Below, one piece after another: positions 18,863 through 27,953 of a stretch of DNA of 64,000 nucleotides. Every line of letters begins with the position of its first letter. Within the stretch, counting starts at the first letter, position 1. This DNA is from Acinetobacter phage vB_AbaM_ME3. The translations under genes were made by a program, and so were the position numbers. A model generated the notes under the pieces. It searched no databases and was not told where the DNA came from. It saw only the letters and a program-made list of their open reading frames with translations. The DNA lies in the sequence record KU935715.1; one strand, 5' to 3'.

Positions 18863-19354
18863 TTAACGAACATAAAAGAAAGCTATAAGAAGACAAATAC
18901 AAATAACTAATATAACTGCTAGAATATTTGTATAGTCTTTAGGCTTATCTTTTTCCATTTTAAGTTTAGCTTTAGCCTGACACTTATTCCAAATTTCTTG
19001 ATCTCTCACATGACAATCATATACATAATCAAAGAAATTACGGTTGTTTGTAAAAGCTTGAGAAAGATTTCTAAAAAGGTTTTCTTCTGTGTATCCCGTT
19101 TGAACTGTTGTAGTTAAAGCTTGATTAACAGATACTACAAGAGAATCAGGAATTTTATGGTCATTATAATATGAAGCAAATCCATATTTATAACGTAACC
19201 ACCAATATCCCATATGTCTAACTTGTAAAGCATTTAATTGTTTAAAAACTTTTGTATGACATGCAACTATAGTTTTAGCTGAAGGATTTGTTTTGCAGTA
19301 ATGTAAATACTGTTCATGCCAGCTATCTCTTAATTCTTCTTCAGTTAGCATCAT
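18863..19354 (-). CDS. hypothetical protein with C-terminal TM anchor
   Basis: C-terminus ILAVILVICICLLIAFFYV. Confidence 0.5.
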   Translation of the reverse strand: MMLTEEELRDSWHEQYLHYCKTNPSAKTIVACHTKVFKQLNALQVRHMGYWWLRYKYGFASYYNDHKIPDSLVVSVNQALTTTVQTGYTEENLFRNLSQAFTNNRNFFDYVYDCHVRDQEIWNKCQAKAKLKMEKDKPKDYTNILAVILVICICLLIAFFYVR

Positions 19355-19553
19355 CTTCTAATATCTCAATAAAAGGGTGTTGATTTCCAGAGGAATCAAT
19401 AAGCGTAACACCTACATGATTCCCATCATCCCCTTTAAAACCAACATATACAGCTGTAAAGCTAATAACTTTATTAACTACAGTGTAAGGCTTATTGATA
19501 GAAACTTTTCCACCAAATGTAAGATAAGGTTGTTCAGTAAATTGAATAATCAT
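19341..19553 (-). CDS. hypothetical protein (70 aa)
   Basis: ORF track; overlaps neighbours at both ends. Confidence 0.45.
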   Translation of the reverse strand: MIIQFTEQPYLTFGGKVSINKPYTVVNKVISFTAVYVGFKGDDGNHVGVTLIDSSGNQHPFIEILEDDAN

Positions 19554-19951
19554 GTATAAATTCCAACTCGTAATTTCTCTGAAAGTTTTAAATCATAGTC
19601 ATTGAAAGCACCAGCTCCATAAAGAACATGAGTTCTTTCTTCTAAACTTTGAAGAATTTTATAACGAAGAGTAGAAGCGTATTCAATATCTTGATGAATT
19701 CCAGGTCGAACAAAGTTACACCAATTAATGTACATTGTAAAAAACTCTGAATTATCAATTGGCTCTTTTATTCTTAAGAACTGTTCTACTTCTTCAACTT
19801 TAAATATTTGCTCAGTCTTAGAGTAAGTATTAAAGAATGTATAAGAAACAATTTCACCTTTTTCATTCTTTGTTATCTTACGACATACAAATCGAATCCA
19901 ATGCTTAGCTTCTACTTGAATTATGTATTCACGTTCTTTTCTGAAATTCAT
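19550..19951 (-). CDS. hypothetical protein (133 aa)
   Basis: ORF track. Confidence 0.5.
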   Translation of the reverse strand: MNFRKEREYIIQVEAKHWIRFVCRKITKNEKGEIVSYTFFNTYSKTEQIFKVEEVEQFLRIKEPIDNSEFFTMYINWCNFVRPGIHQDIEYASTLRYKILQSLEERTHVLYGAGAFNDYDLKLSEKLRVGIYT

Positions 19952-19954
19952 AAC

Positions 19955-20212
19955 TTAACCTTTATAGTTTTTTAAAACTACTAAACATTTATCCCAATTC
20001 TCTTGAGCACCATTCCAAAAGCCAACTGATGTATCAAATATTTTACTTAACTTCTTACAATCTTTGTCAGTTAATTTTCTTCCACTTGTAACTAATGTTA
20101 CAAGATAATTGATGTGCTTTTTACGAATATTGCCAACTTGTAATTGCATACAAAGCATTTTTAAAATTGCTTCATAAGGATTATCAGGTTTAAGTGGAGT
20201 AATAAGACTCAC
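19955..20212 (-). CDS. hypothetical protein (85 aa)
   Basis: ORF track. Confidence 0.45.
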   Translation of the reverse strand: MSLITPLKPDNPYEAILKMLCMQLQVGNIRKKHINYLVTLVTSGRKLTDKDCKKLSKIFDTSVGFWNGAQENWDKCLVVLKNYKG

Positions 20213-20625
20213 GAGATTTCCTTAAAACTTAAGTCGTTATTAAATAAAACAACTCGGATAGCGACAATATGAGGAACTGCACCCATTGAATTTGAATTGC
20301 AAAGGTCTGTATCAACATCCCACAATCCTGTTAATCCTTTCGTATCAAGGATCTCTTGATAACGATTAATTAAACTACGATCAATTAGATTACATTCTTC
20401 ATCAATAGTAGGATGATACTCAATTGTAATTTCTTCTAAAATCTTAGAGTACACATCTGAAGGTTGCCAAGTTCCATCTATATAGACATGCTGTTGTTCA
20501 TTTTCCTTGGCAATGAAGATTGTTCCATACTTATCAGCACATAAACAATGAGTTGCATATTTCCAAGGCTTTTTATTCATGTCATCAGTGATAAGCATAA
20601 TGCACCTATTGAGATTTAGGAACAT
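20209..20625 (-). CDS. hypothetical protein (138 aa)
   Basis: ORF track. Confidence 0.5.
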   Translation of the reverse strand: MFLNLNRCIMLITDDMNKKPWKYATHCLCADKYGTIFIAKENEQQHVYIDGTWQPSDVYSKILEEITIEYHPTIDEECNLIDRSLINRYQEILDTKGLTGLWDVDTDLCNSNSMGAVPHIVAIRVVLFNNDLSFKEIS

Positions 20626-21025
20626 CCGTTAAGTCGACTTTTACATCAACATCAGGAATAATTGATTGAGGTTTAAAGATAACGCGATAATGGTATGCAC
20701 TTACATTAGCACTATTCAATTGTTCACTAAAGTAAGTAACATTATCAGATAAGCCTAATGAATGTTTTTTATATTCATTAGGCCCAGTCTTACACATTAC
20801 ATCAACTTTACGTCCATTTTCATTAGGAGTAAAAGAACACTTACCTTCAATACTGAGAATGTAATCACTCGTAATCCCATTATAGAACACAATACGACGA
20901 TCAATTTCAAAGTTATCAGCAGCTGTAGCTATATTTTGTGATACTGTTTGAGCATCATTTTGTCCACAAGCTGTTAACGCTAAAGCGGACATAGCAATGC
21001 CAAGTCCAAGAGTTAATTTTTTCAT
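20606..21025 (-). CDS. lipoprotein
   Basis: The real ATG is at 21025 (the track start at 21037 is TTG). Signal peptide plus lipobox MKKLTLGLGIAMSALALTAC. Confidence 0.65.
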   Translation of the reverse strand: MKKLTLGLGIAMSALALTACGQNDAQTVSQNIATAADNFEIDRRIVFYNGITSDYILSIEGKCSFTPNENGRKVDVMCKTGPNEYKKHSLGLSDNVTYFSEQLNSANVSAYHYRVIFKPQSIIPDVDVKVDLTDVPKSQ

Positions 21026-21201
21026 TATACCATCCAAGGTTTAAACCAATGTAAAGAAATTAAATACATAATAAAAAGTATTAACCAAATGCTTAAAGTA
21101 TTTCTTAATATTTTAACTGGTTTAATTAAAATAGAACTTAATACAACTACTAATATATAAACTAGTAAACCAATTGAAGACCATACAACTAAGTTGTCCA
21201 T
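21025..21201 (-). CDS. small two-TM membrane protein (58 aa), not in ORF track
   Basis: ATG at 21201. Translation: MDNLVVWSSIGLLVYILVVVLSSILIKPVKILRNTLSIWLILFIMYLISLHWFKPWMV. Its stop overlaps the lipoprotein start (TAATG). Confidence 0.45.
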   Translation of the reverse strand: MDNLVVWSSIGLLVYILVVVLSSILIKPVKILRNTLSIWLILFIMYLISLHWFKPWMV

Positions 21202-22046
21202 ACATTACTCTCTATATAAGACTGAAGTTGTTGAGAAATGTTGTCAAATTCATCATCATTTGTATAAAAGAATGGATTAGTATGATGACCAACTTGATAC
21301 CAACCTTCAGCTTCTTTTACTTTACGAATAACACCTAAAGAGCGACCTTCCTTGTCTTCCATTTCCCAACCAAAACGTTCTTCATATAATGCAATACCAC
21401 AAGGAGAAACGTAAACTAATGGTTTTCGAACAATTTTACAAACGGAATAGACATAGATTAAATCAATATCAGGTTCATTATAAAGATAGTCAGCTTGGGA
21501 TTTTTGATTTCCAATATAACTTCCCCACTTTTCCCAACGCCAGCCACCACTTGGAGGTTGATGTTCTTTAAAAATAGGAGTTAAGAAAATACAATATTCA
21601 TCATCTTGTTGTTCAAGCCATTTATACATTCGATAAACTTGATCTTCATTATCACAAACACCATAACCTTTAAAATAATATTGATCTGTATAGGTCTTTT
21701 GAAGCTTTTGTAATTCAGCTCTAGAAAGATCTTTAACAGCATCCCAATGTTTTAAATGAAATTCAGTCTGACGGAAACCTAGCGCTTTACGAAACTTACG
21801 ATTTCGTTGATCAATTGGTTTACTTAATTTAATACGAGTTAAATGAGTTTCAATTTCGTATGAAGGGGGAGTACAAATATGTGGGTTTAAACTACCACAG
21901 ATCATGATACCTTTATATTTTGTTGCATAGAATCTTTCTCCATTTTGATAATCAATATACTTATGCATTGATTCTTCTGGAAAAGCTTCTTTAGCTTTTA
22001 GAGCATATACAGGATGATAGTGTTCAGAAGTAACATTACTTAACAT
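21189..22046 (-). CDS. hypothetical protein (285 aa)
   Basis: ORF track. Confidence 0.55.
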   Translation of the reverse strand: MLSNVTSEHYHPVYALKAKEAFPEESMHKYIDYQNGERFYATKYKGIMICGSLNPHICTPPSYEIETHLTRIKLSKPIDQRNRKFRKALGFRQTEFHLKHWDAVKDLSRAELQKLQKTYTDQYYFKGYGVCDNEDQVYRMYKWLEQQDDEYCIFLTPIFKEHQPPSGGWRWEKWGSYIGNQKSQADYLYNEPDIDLIYVYSVCKIVRKPLVYVSPCGIALYEERFGWEMEDKEGRSLGVIRKVKEAEGWYQVGHHTNPFFYTNDDEFDNISQQLQSYIESNVWTT

Positions 22047-22419
22047 TTTCAGATATCCAAGTTTGAATAGCAGATGGAGAAGTTAAATTTACAACAACAT
22101 TTAACTCATATTTATTATTAGAAATTTCATAAATAACTAAACGAGAAGCTTCTGATAAAATTGAATCAGGTAACAATGATGTAAAATTATCATGAACAGA
22201 AGCCATAAGAGTAAAACCAGGTCGAGATGGAGCTGTGTCTTTCCAACTATTACTATACAAATGTAGATCAACTGTACTTAATCTATTCCTTCTATTAAAT
22301 CCACTCCCAAATCTCCAAGTTTCAAAAAGACTACTATAAAAGGCTACAACGTATCTTTTATCTCCTTTCACAACTTCTGAAAACTTCATTAAAGGTTTAA
22401 GAATATTCATCGTAGACAA
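22036..22419 (-). CDS. SVHxN-family paralog (second tandem array)
   Basis: Central motif ASVHDNFTSLL; ~125 aa. Confidence 0.55.
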   Translation of the reverse strand: MSTMNILKPLMKFSEVVKGDKRYVVAFYSSLFETWRFGSGFNRRNRLSTVDLHLYSNSWKDTAPSRPGFTLMASVHDNFTSLLPDSILSEASRLVIYEISNNKYELNVVVNLTSPSAIQTWISENVK

Positions 22420-22769
22420 ATTCCTAGAGTCTTTTCTAGAGATTCTATTGTTGGTTGATGAATATCATATATAAGTTTTAATTCATCTTTAGAAATGAAA
22501 GTCTTTTCTGTATCAAAAAATGAATATACTTTAAAAGATGTAATAGCGGATGCAGGAACTTGCATAATATTTAAAATTGCAGCACCTTTTAACTTATCTA
22601 AGCTATCAATTGGATAAGCATGTCCAGAGACATTTTCAATCCTGATAATCCTAGAAGGTAACTCTGAAATTCCACTATTTAAATATACTTCATGTAGAAT
22701 TCCAGCGTTCGAAACCATTACAGAACAGATATACTGTTGAGGGTTAGAAAATCTGCTTAATCGTCGCAT
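22407..22769 (-). CDS. paralog of second array
   Basis: N-terminus MRRLSRFSNPQQY resembles the KFK signature; ~120 aa. Confidence 0.5.
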   Translation of the reverse strand: MRRLSRFSNPQQYICSVMVSNAGILHEVYLNSGISELPSRIIRIENVSGHAYPIDSLDKLKGAAILNIMQVPASAITSFKVYSFFDTEKTFISKDELKLIYDIHQPTIESLEKTLGICLR

Positions 22770-23149
22770 TCAATCTCCAAGGCTTCAAATAAAGATTTAA
22801 TAGTTGGATTAGTAAGCCTATGAAGAAGTGACAATTCATTTTTTGCATACACTTTATTCTCATAAGGAGGTAAAGCATATATTTTAATTAGATAAACACT
22901 TCTTCTTGGGTCTGAAAGTATTTGTAAAAGATTAGATTGTTTTAATACATTAGGATCTGTAATAACAAAAGCTAATTGAAGATAAACAGGCATATCACTT
23001 GTTACTGAATGATTAATTGTAACTCGACGTACAGGATTTTCAGTTAAAGAGTGATATAAAAATACTTCATTAGAATCAACTAAAGATTGAATAGAGATAA
23101 CATATTCCACATGAGATTTAAATTTCTTTAAATATTTTGTCTGATCCAT
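22757..23149 (-). CDS. paralog of second array
   Basis: N-terminus MDQTKYLKKFKSHVEY. Confidence 0.5.
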   Translation of the reverse strand: MDQTKYLKKFKSHVEYVISIQSLVDSNEVFLYHSLTENPVRRVTINHSVTSDMPVYLQLAFVITDPNVLKQSNLLQILSDPRRSVYLIKIYALPPYENKVYAKNELSLLHRLTNPTIKSLFEALEIECDD

Positions 23150-23496
23150 TCTTCTATCTCTTCTTGGGATTTCAGATTTGCAATAAGAGAAGGGTATTCA
23201 TAATACTCTTCAAAACCATAGATTTGAATTGATGTTGATCTTTCAATAAGAGACTTACTAAGTAAAGCTATAAAATTTGTATGAACTGAAGTTGTTAAAT
23301 TTGCAGAGCAAATGTTCTCATGAAACTCAGGAAACATTCTACGAACATTAATACAAGCAATTCGATTCTTGGAATTAATTGCGGATGCATAAATCCAGTC
23401 CGAATCCAAACTATCTTCATAGAGTTTGGATTTAAAAAGAGCAAAAAACTTAGAAGGAAATCTTACAGAAGGCTTAAATATAGATAATATTCTCAT
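23128..23496 (-). CDS. SVHxN-family paralog
   Basis: Motifs RMFPEFHENICSANLTTSVHTNFIALL and EEIEEWI are shared with the gene at 27194..27583. Confidence 0.55.
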   Translation of the reverse strand: MRILSIFKPSVRFPSKFFALFKSKLYEDSLDSDWIYASAINSKNRIACINVRRMFPEFHENICSANLTTSVHTNFIALLSKSLIERSTSIQIYGFEEYYEYPSLIANLKSQEEIEEWIRQNI

Positions 23497-23627
23497 ATAT
23501 AGCCTAGGTGTTTTAAAAACATATATGTAATAACAAAACCTAAACCAACAGCAGATAGATTAGTCTTAGGTTTTTCTACAAATAAACTAATTAAAATAAA
23601 AAGAGAACCTAAAACTAAAAAGGGCAT
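23493..23627 (-). CDS. possible small membrane protein (44 aa), not in ORF track
   Basis: ATG at 23627 overlaps the upstream stop (TAGTATG) and carries a GGAAAT Shine-Dalgarno-like sequence. Translation: MPFLVLGSLFILISLFVEKPKTNLSAVGLGFVITYMFLKHLGYI. Its TGA overlaps the next ATG. Confidence 0.35.
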   Translation of the reverse strand: MPFLVLGSLFILISLFVEKPKTNLSAVGLGFVITYMFLKHLGYI

Positions 23628-23628
23628 A

Positions 23629-24708
23629 CTATTTCCTTAATTCGTTAGGAACAATTCTTTTAAATCGCCAATGGTTACTTCCATCAGCAATATGATTTGC
23701 TCTAACTAATTTACAAAGTTTATTTCGAAATTCAGAATAATGAAAAGATTTAGTTGTACGAACTACTATACCTTCATGTCCTGCTTTAACAACTTGTTTA
23801 AATAAATCATTAATTACAACTTCATCGTATGGTCCTCGATATATTTCTTGAACCATTGTCATACCTAACAATTCAAACCATTCTTTTGTATCATCCCAAG
23901 ATAGACATATGTCCTTATCCCACACTTGGAATCCGTACAAATATGAATCTAAATCTTGATAATGAATTGCATGTTTAGCATATAAATTCTCTGCATAGTA
24001 ACGCATACCTTCAGGAATATTATAAGCAATATGTTGATAATGGAAGTTCTTTGCCCAAGCACGAGATTCATGATCTAAAGAATCGATAGAACGAGCATGA
24101 CAATAATCGGGGTATCCCGCAAAGTTCTCTCCATCCATTTTAATAGTTATTACAATTTCATCAGATACTAAATGATGTGATATATTGTAATTAGTTTTAT
24201 CATCTTCAGTTTTATGAGCACTTAAAGGATGATGATACGAACGAGGATACTTGTAATAATGAGTAAATTCATCTAGTACTCCGCCATCAGATAAAACTTT
24301 CTGAACTGATTCATCATAGAATAATGGACCAGGCATTCTCTTACCATTAAGAAGAATGATGTTACCCCATTTATCATATTGATGATCAGGGTACATATAT
24401 TCAGGAAGAACAACTTTTTGAGCTCCTACCTTCTCTCTTACTTCATCACAACTAATAACTGTTTGTTCGCACTTTAAATGACAAGAATCACAGACGGTAC
24501 CAGCGTTTTCGATATGATAGCCAAAACAATCCGAAAATAAACGTCTTTCGACAATGTGATGCACAGATAATTTCTCTGTACTACCACAGAAGATACACTT
24601 GTGGTTGTCTCTTATTAAACCTTGTTCTCTAAATTCATCTCTAGATAAAGGTTTCCCATCTGTTCCATGACAACCACAAATTGTTGAGTGAGGTTTACTA
24701 GATTTCAT
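23629..24708 (-). CDS. Rnl2-like ATP-dependent RNA ligase with N-terminal Cys/His (HNH-like) zinc-finger domain
   Basis: Nucleotidyltransferase motif I IKMDGEN (KxDGxN, as in T4 Rnl2 KIHGTN). Motif IV/V HEGIVVRTTK...FRNKLCK. The N-terminal 80 aa is rich in C/H pairs (CGCHG...CIFCG...HHIVERR...CDSCH). Confidence 0.55.
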   Translation of the reverse strand: MKSSKPHSTICGCHGTDGKPLSRDEFREQGLIRDNHKCIFCGSTEKLSVHHIVERRLFSDCFGYHIENAGTVCDSCHLKCEQTVISCDEVREKVGAQKVVLPEYMYPDHQYDKWGNIILLNGKRMPGPLFYDESVQKVLSDGGVLDEFTHYYKYPRSYHHPLSAHKTEDDKTNYNISHHLVSDEIVITIKMDGENFAGYPDYCHARSIDSLDHESRAWAKNFHYQHIAYNIPEGMRYYAENLYAKHAIHYQDLDSYLYGFQVWDKDICLSWDDTKEWFELLGMTMVQEIYRGPYDEVVINDLFKQVVKAGHEGIVVRTTKSFHYSEFRNKLCKLVRANHIADGSNHWRFKRIVPNELRK

Positions 24709-25091
24709 ATTGGATTACCTTTTATTACTTTAATAATATCCCATCTAGAGACACCTTGATCAAATATAGTAACTTTAAAAGAAGAGAAGTTAACAGAGTT
24801 ATTATCATCGACTTCATATTCACATATTGCAATCTGATTGACACTACTAAAGTATGGTGAAAAATCATCAACAATTGTTTCTAATGAGGATGTTAATGTT
24901 ATTGAACCAGTATGATTAAAATTATGTTTTTCTATTTGAACCCTATTAGTTCTGAAATATTTTAAGCCTTGACATGACTTTAATGCCATACCATGCCAAT
25001 TTTCAAAGTAATCAGGAACAAATGAATTTAAACGATAGAAAAGTCCATAGTACTTTTGAGTACATAATTTATATTTTTCTAAGTATTTCAT
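24705..25091 (-). CDS. hypothetical protein (128 aa)
   Basis: ORF track. Confidence 0.5.
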   Translation of the reverse strand: MKYLEKYKLCTQKYYGLFYRLNSFVPDYFENWHGMALKSCQGLKYFRTNRVQIEKHNFNHTGSITLTSSLETIVDDFSPYFSSVNQIAICEYEVDDNNSVNFSSFKVTIFDQGVSRWDIIKVIKGNPI

Positions 25092-25106
25092 TTTGTTCCT
25101 GTCTAA

Positions 25107-25325
25107 TTAAATTTCTGTAGAATCTAATTGAAGAACAATAGTTTTAATGATAGATTCTTCGTCTACCATACGAAAAACAAGATGCTTAGTTACAACTAAT
25201 TCTTCAATTTGTTTTTCAGTTAAATTATAAAAATAATTTAGTTTAGAAGTTAATTCTTCCCGACCATTTGCAATTAGAGGTAGGTTATCTCCAACTTGGA
25301 CAGATACTAAATATAAAGTAGCCAT
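25107..25325 (-). CDS. hypothetical protein (72 aa)
   Basis: ORF track. Confidence 0.45.
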   Translation of the reverse strand: MATLYLVSVQVGDNLPLIANGREELTSKLNYFYNLTEKQIEELVVTKHLVFRMVDEESIIKTIVLQLDSTEI

Positions 25326-25334
25326 AATTATTCC

Positions 25335-25748
25335 TTAAATAATTAATTTAAAATGCTCTGGATTACTATCCAAATTTAAAGTTTCACTACGACCATAACA
25401 AGCTAGCCCATTAGTGAATCCAGCACTTAACTTTTTACGAAAATTTTCATCTACATACTGGACGGCATCAAACATAAAATCATGGTTAATACTTTTACTA
25501 AATAGTACTATTTCCTGAACACCATTTTCATTTTCCATACAAATATATTTCAATTCATCACGGAACATTGGTTTGTAGTCTTCAATAACTTCAAGAATTT
25601 TACGTTCTGGTCTAATCCAAATCCCACGAGTTCCATGTTTAATATATTGAAGATTCTCTCTAAAAGCTTGAAGACCAATAGATGAAGAAACAATAAAAAC
25701 TTCTTCTTGTTCAGTGTGGAGATTTAAAGTTTTAATCTTGATCATCAA
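25335..25748 (-). CDS. hypothetical protein (137 aa)
   Basis: ORF track. Confidence 0.5.
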   Translation of the reverse strand: MMIKIKTLNLHTEQEEVFIVSSSIGLQAFRENLQYIKHGTRGIWIRPERKILEVIEDYKPMFRDELKYICMENENGVQEIVLFSKSINHDFMFDAVQYVDENFRKKLSAGFTNGLACYGRSETLNLDSNPEHFKLII

Positions 25749-26070
25749 AAGTTATCTCTTGTTCAATAGATAATAATTTAGCTTTAATTGCTTTCGTTGC
25801 CTCTTCTAAGAAGAAACCACGTTCATCGTCTTCAAAGTAACCATCACCTTTTGTATTAGCAGAATATATAGTTTCTCCACCACAATCAGGATAATCAACA
25901 CGAAAGTGACCATGACGAAGTCTTAAATAACCAACTTGAATACCATTGGAAAAGACTTCATATTGTTCAGGACAAGCTGTACATGTTTGTACAAATGTAA
26001 ACTCAGTCATATTATTTCTTCTTAAAAAAGAAACGAGTAATGAGTCCACCAATAATAGTTTTGACAACAA
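25732..26070 (-). CDS. hypothetical protein (112 aa)
   Basis: ORF track. Cys pairs CTACPE...DCGGE may be a Zn site. Confidence 0.45.
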   Translation of the reverse strand: MLSKLLLVDSLLVSFLRRNNMTEFTFVQTCTACPEQYEVFSNGIQVGYLRLRHGHFRVDYPDCGGETIYSANTKGDGYFEDDERGFFLEEATKAIKAKLLSIEQEITFDDQD

Positions 26071-26115
26071 ATAAAGTGACTGTTTTAAATATAGACCACA
26101 TATAAATTCCTAAAA

Positions 26116-26457
26116 TTATTGAAGAGATTGATAATATTCATTTACCTCTTGTCTGGTTTTTAAATGAATAATAGGTGTTAAAGTTTTATCTGAATGGTAG
26201 TAACAGATAACAGCTTGTTGAGCAAAGCGTTGAACTCCTTTAGACATTAAATCTTTTAAATTTTCATGAATAGAAGCTGAATGATTTATAGGAGAATATT
26301 TTTTAGCTACATCACATTTTTGTGAAATAATACTAGATCCTACCCTATTCGCTGCATTGTATCCTAAAGCATATTGCCAACGAGATTCTGTTAATTCTGT
26401 AAAAAGTACAACATATCTAGGAATAAATTGCGTTTTAAAATTAGATAATTTTTCCAT
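26116..26457 (-). CDS. SVHxN-family paralog (third array)
   Basis: MEKLSNFKTQFIPRYVVLF... and the motif SASIHENLKDLM. Confidence 0.55.
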   Translation of the reverse strand: MEKLSNFKTQFIPRYVVLFTELTESRWQYALGYNAANRVGSSIISQKCDVAKKYSPINHSASIHENLKDLMSKGVQRFAQQAVICYYHSDKTLTPIIHLKTRQEVNEYYQSLQ

Positions 26458-26461
26458 ATTA

Positions 26462-26827
26462 TTAAGAACCTAGAGATTGTTTAAACTCTCGAATTTGCTC
26501 TTTAGTTTCAAGTTTTTTATATTCGTGAAGATTATAAATATCATCAACTTTAGTTACAGAACAAATAATGATTTCTTGAGAAACTAACATTATATTCGAA
26601 CTTAATAAGTTATTAAGATTCTTATGTAAAGAACCTCGATTATTAATAACTTTATAAGTTTGCATTACTTGATCTTCAGGATCAATATAACATCGTCCTG
26701 TAGAATGTGATGCATTAAACCCTAAGCCTACTTGCCAACGAGGATATCTTTCTTCTCTAAAGAGTACAACATATTCTCCAGTATCAATTTGATTTAAACT
26801 TTTTGTAAAACTATTTAACTTTTTCAT
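26462..26827 (-). CDS. SVHxN-family paralog
   Basis: MKKLNSFTKSL...YVVLFRE... and the motif RGSLHKNLNNLL. Confidence 0.55.
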   Translation of the reverse strand: MKKLNSFTKSLNQIDTGEYVVLFREERYPRWQVGLGFNASHSTGRCYIDPEDQVMQTYKVINNRGSLHKNLNNLLSSNIMLVSQEIIICSVTKVDDIYNLHEYKKLETKEQIREFKQSLGS

Positions 26828-27215
26828 AATAGTCTATCCAAGGCTGAAGATGTTCTAAGTCATGTTGTCGAATAAATGCAACGATATTATGAGAAGTTAA
26901 ACTAGTTAGTGATCTAATTTCTGATAAATCAGGAGATAATTCAATAATAGTTTTTGACCAAGATATAGGAAGACTAGTAGGTAAAAGAGTTTTCAAATCT
27001 TTATGAACAGAAACTGTATTATTTATCAAGTCATGCATAATTCTATAATCATTTAACACTTCACTTTCTGTATAAACTTTAACGTGTCTACTTCGTTCAG
27101 TTGCGTTTAATCCACTAGCAAACATATCACTAATGACTAATGCAAATACAGAATCAAATTGAAATCGATTTTGTACATAACTTTTAAATTTAATTAGCTG
27201 TTGTTGACTCGCCAC
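26811..27215 (-). CDS. SVHxN-family paralog
   Basis: ...LIKFKSYVQNRF... and the motif TVSVHKDLKTLL. Confidence 0.55.
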   Translation of the reverse strand: MASQQQLIKFKSYVQNRFQFDSVFALVISDMFASGLNATERSRHVKVYTESEVLNDYRIMHDLINNTVSVHKDLKTLLPTSLPISWSKTIIELSPDLSEIRSLTSLTSHNIVAFIRQHDLEHLQPWIDYYEKVK

Positions 27216-27583
27216 TCTTCAGCCTCTTGTATATTTTTGAAATGAAGAATTTCATGTACTACAGGTTCACCTTTATAATAACGATATACTTTAATTTCTT
27301 TAAAATAGTTATCTTCTACAATTTCTTCAGAAATTAAAGTTAGAAGATTATCATGAACAGAAGCTTGAGTATTTTGACTATCACATGCTTTATGTAATTC
27401 TGGGAACATGTCTTCAACATCTATATATGTAAGTCGATTATCAGATGTTACACCATCTCCATATTCCCAATAGCAAACTTCATAATCTGTTTCATCGTCA
27501 TAATGATTTTCATCAAATCTGAACAGCATGAAATAAAGAGGATCACCTTTTAAGGCAGGGTTAAAATTATCTAATCGTTTCAC
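27194..27583 (-). CDS. SVHxN-family paralog
   Basis: MKRLDNFNPAL... and the motifs EDMFPELHKACDSQNTQASVHDNLLTLI and EEWRVNNS. Confidence 0.55.
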   Translation of the reverse strand: MKRLDNFNPALKGDPLYFMLFRFDENHYDDETDYEVCYWEYGDGVTSDNRLTYIDVEDMFPELHKACDSQNTQASVHDNLLTLISEEIVEDNYFKEIKVYRYYKGEPVVHEILHFKNIQEAEEWRVNNS

Positions 27584-27953
27584 GTTTAATCTTAATTCCT
27601 AAATTTTTTTCAAGATCTTCTAATTTAGGATTGGTAAAAGACCAATACAATTTTAAATCAGAAGGAGTTAACTCAGTATCAGATGTAGTCTCAATAAGAA
27701 CTTCATATATTTTAATACTTTGAACATTTCCTTGATTAAATACTTCTTGAGTTACAGCATTAAATTGAAAAGCAGTTTGAAAATCTTCAAATACAGTTAC
27801 AGATGAAGATATTTGTCTGCTAAACATTCCTTCTATATAAGCTTCAAAACCTTCTTTAAGAGAGCTACGTAGAAATACATCTAGAATGTTATGAGAATCT
27901 AAAGAAACAACATATTGACTTCTTTTAGAAAATTTATTTAATTTAGCCATCAT
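27567..27953 (-). CDS. paralog of third array
   Basis: MMAKLNKFSKRSQYVV... Confidence 0.5.
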   Translation of the reverse strand: MMAKLNKFSKRSQYVVSLDSHNILDVFLRSSLKEGFEAYIEGMFSRQISSSVTVFEDFQTAFQFNAVTQEVFNQGNVQSIKIYEVLIETTSDTELTPSDLKLYWSFTNPKLEDLEKNLGIKIKRETIR

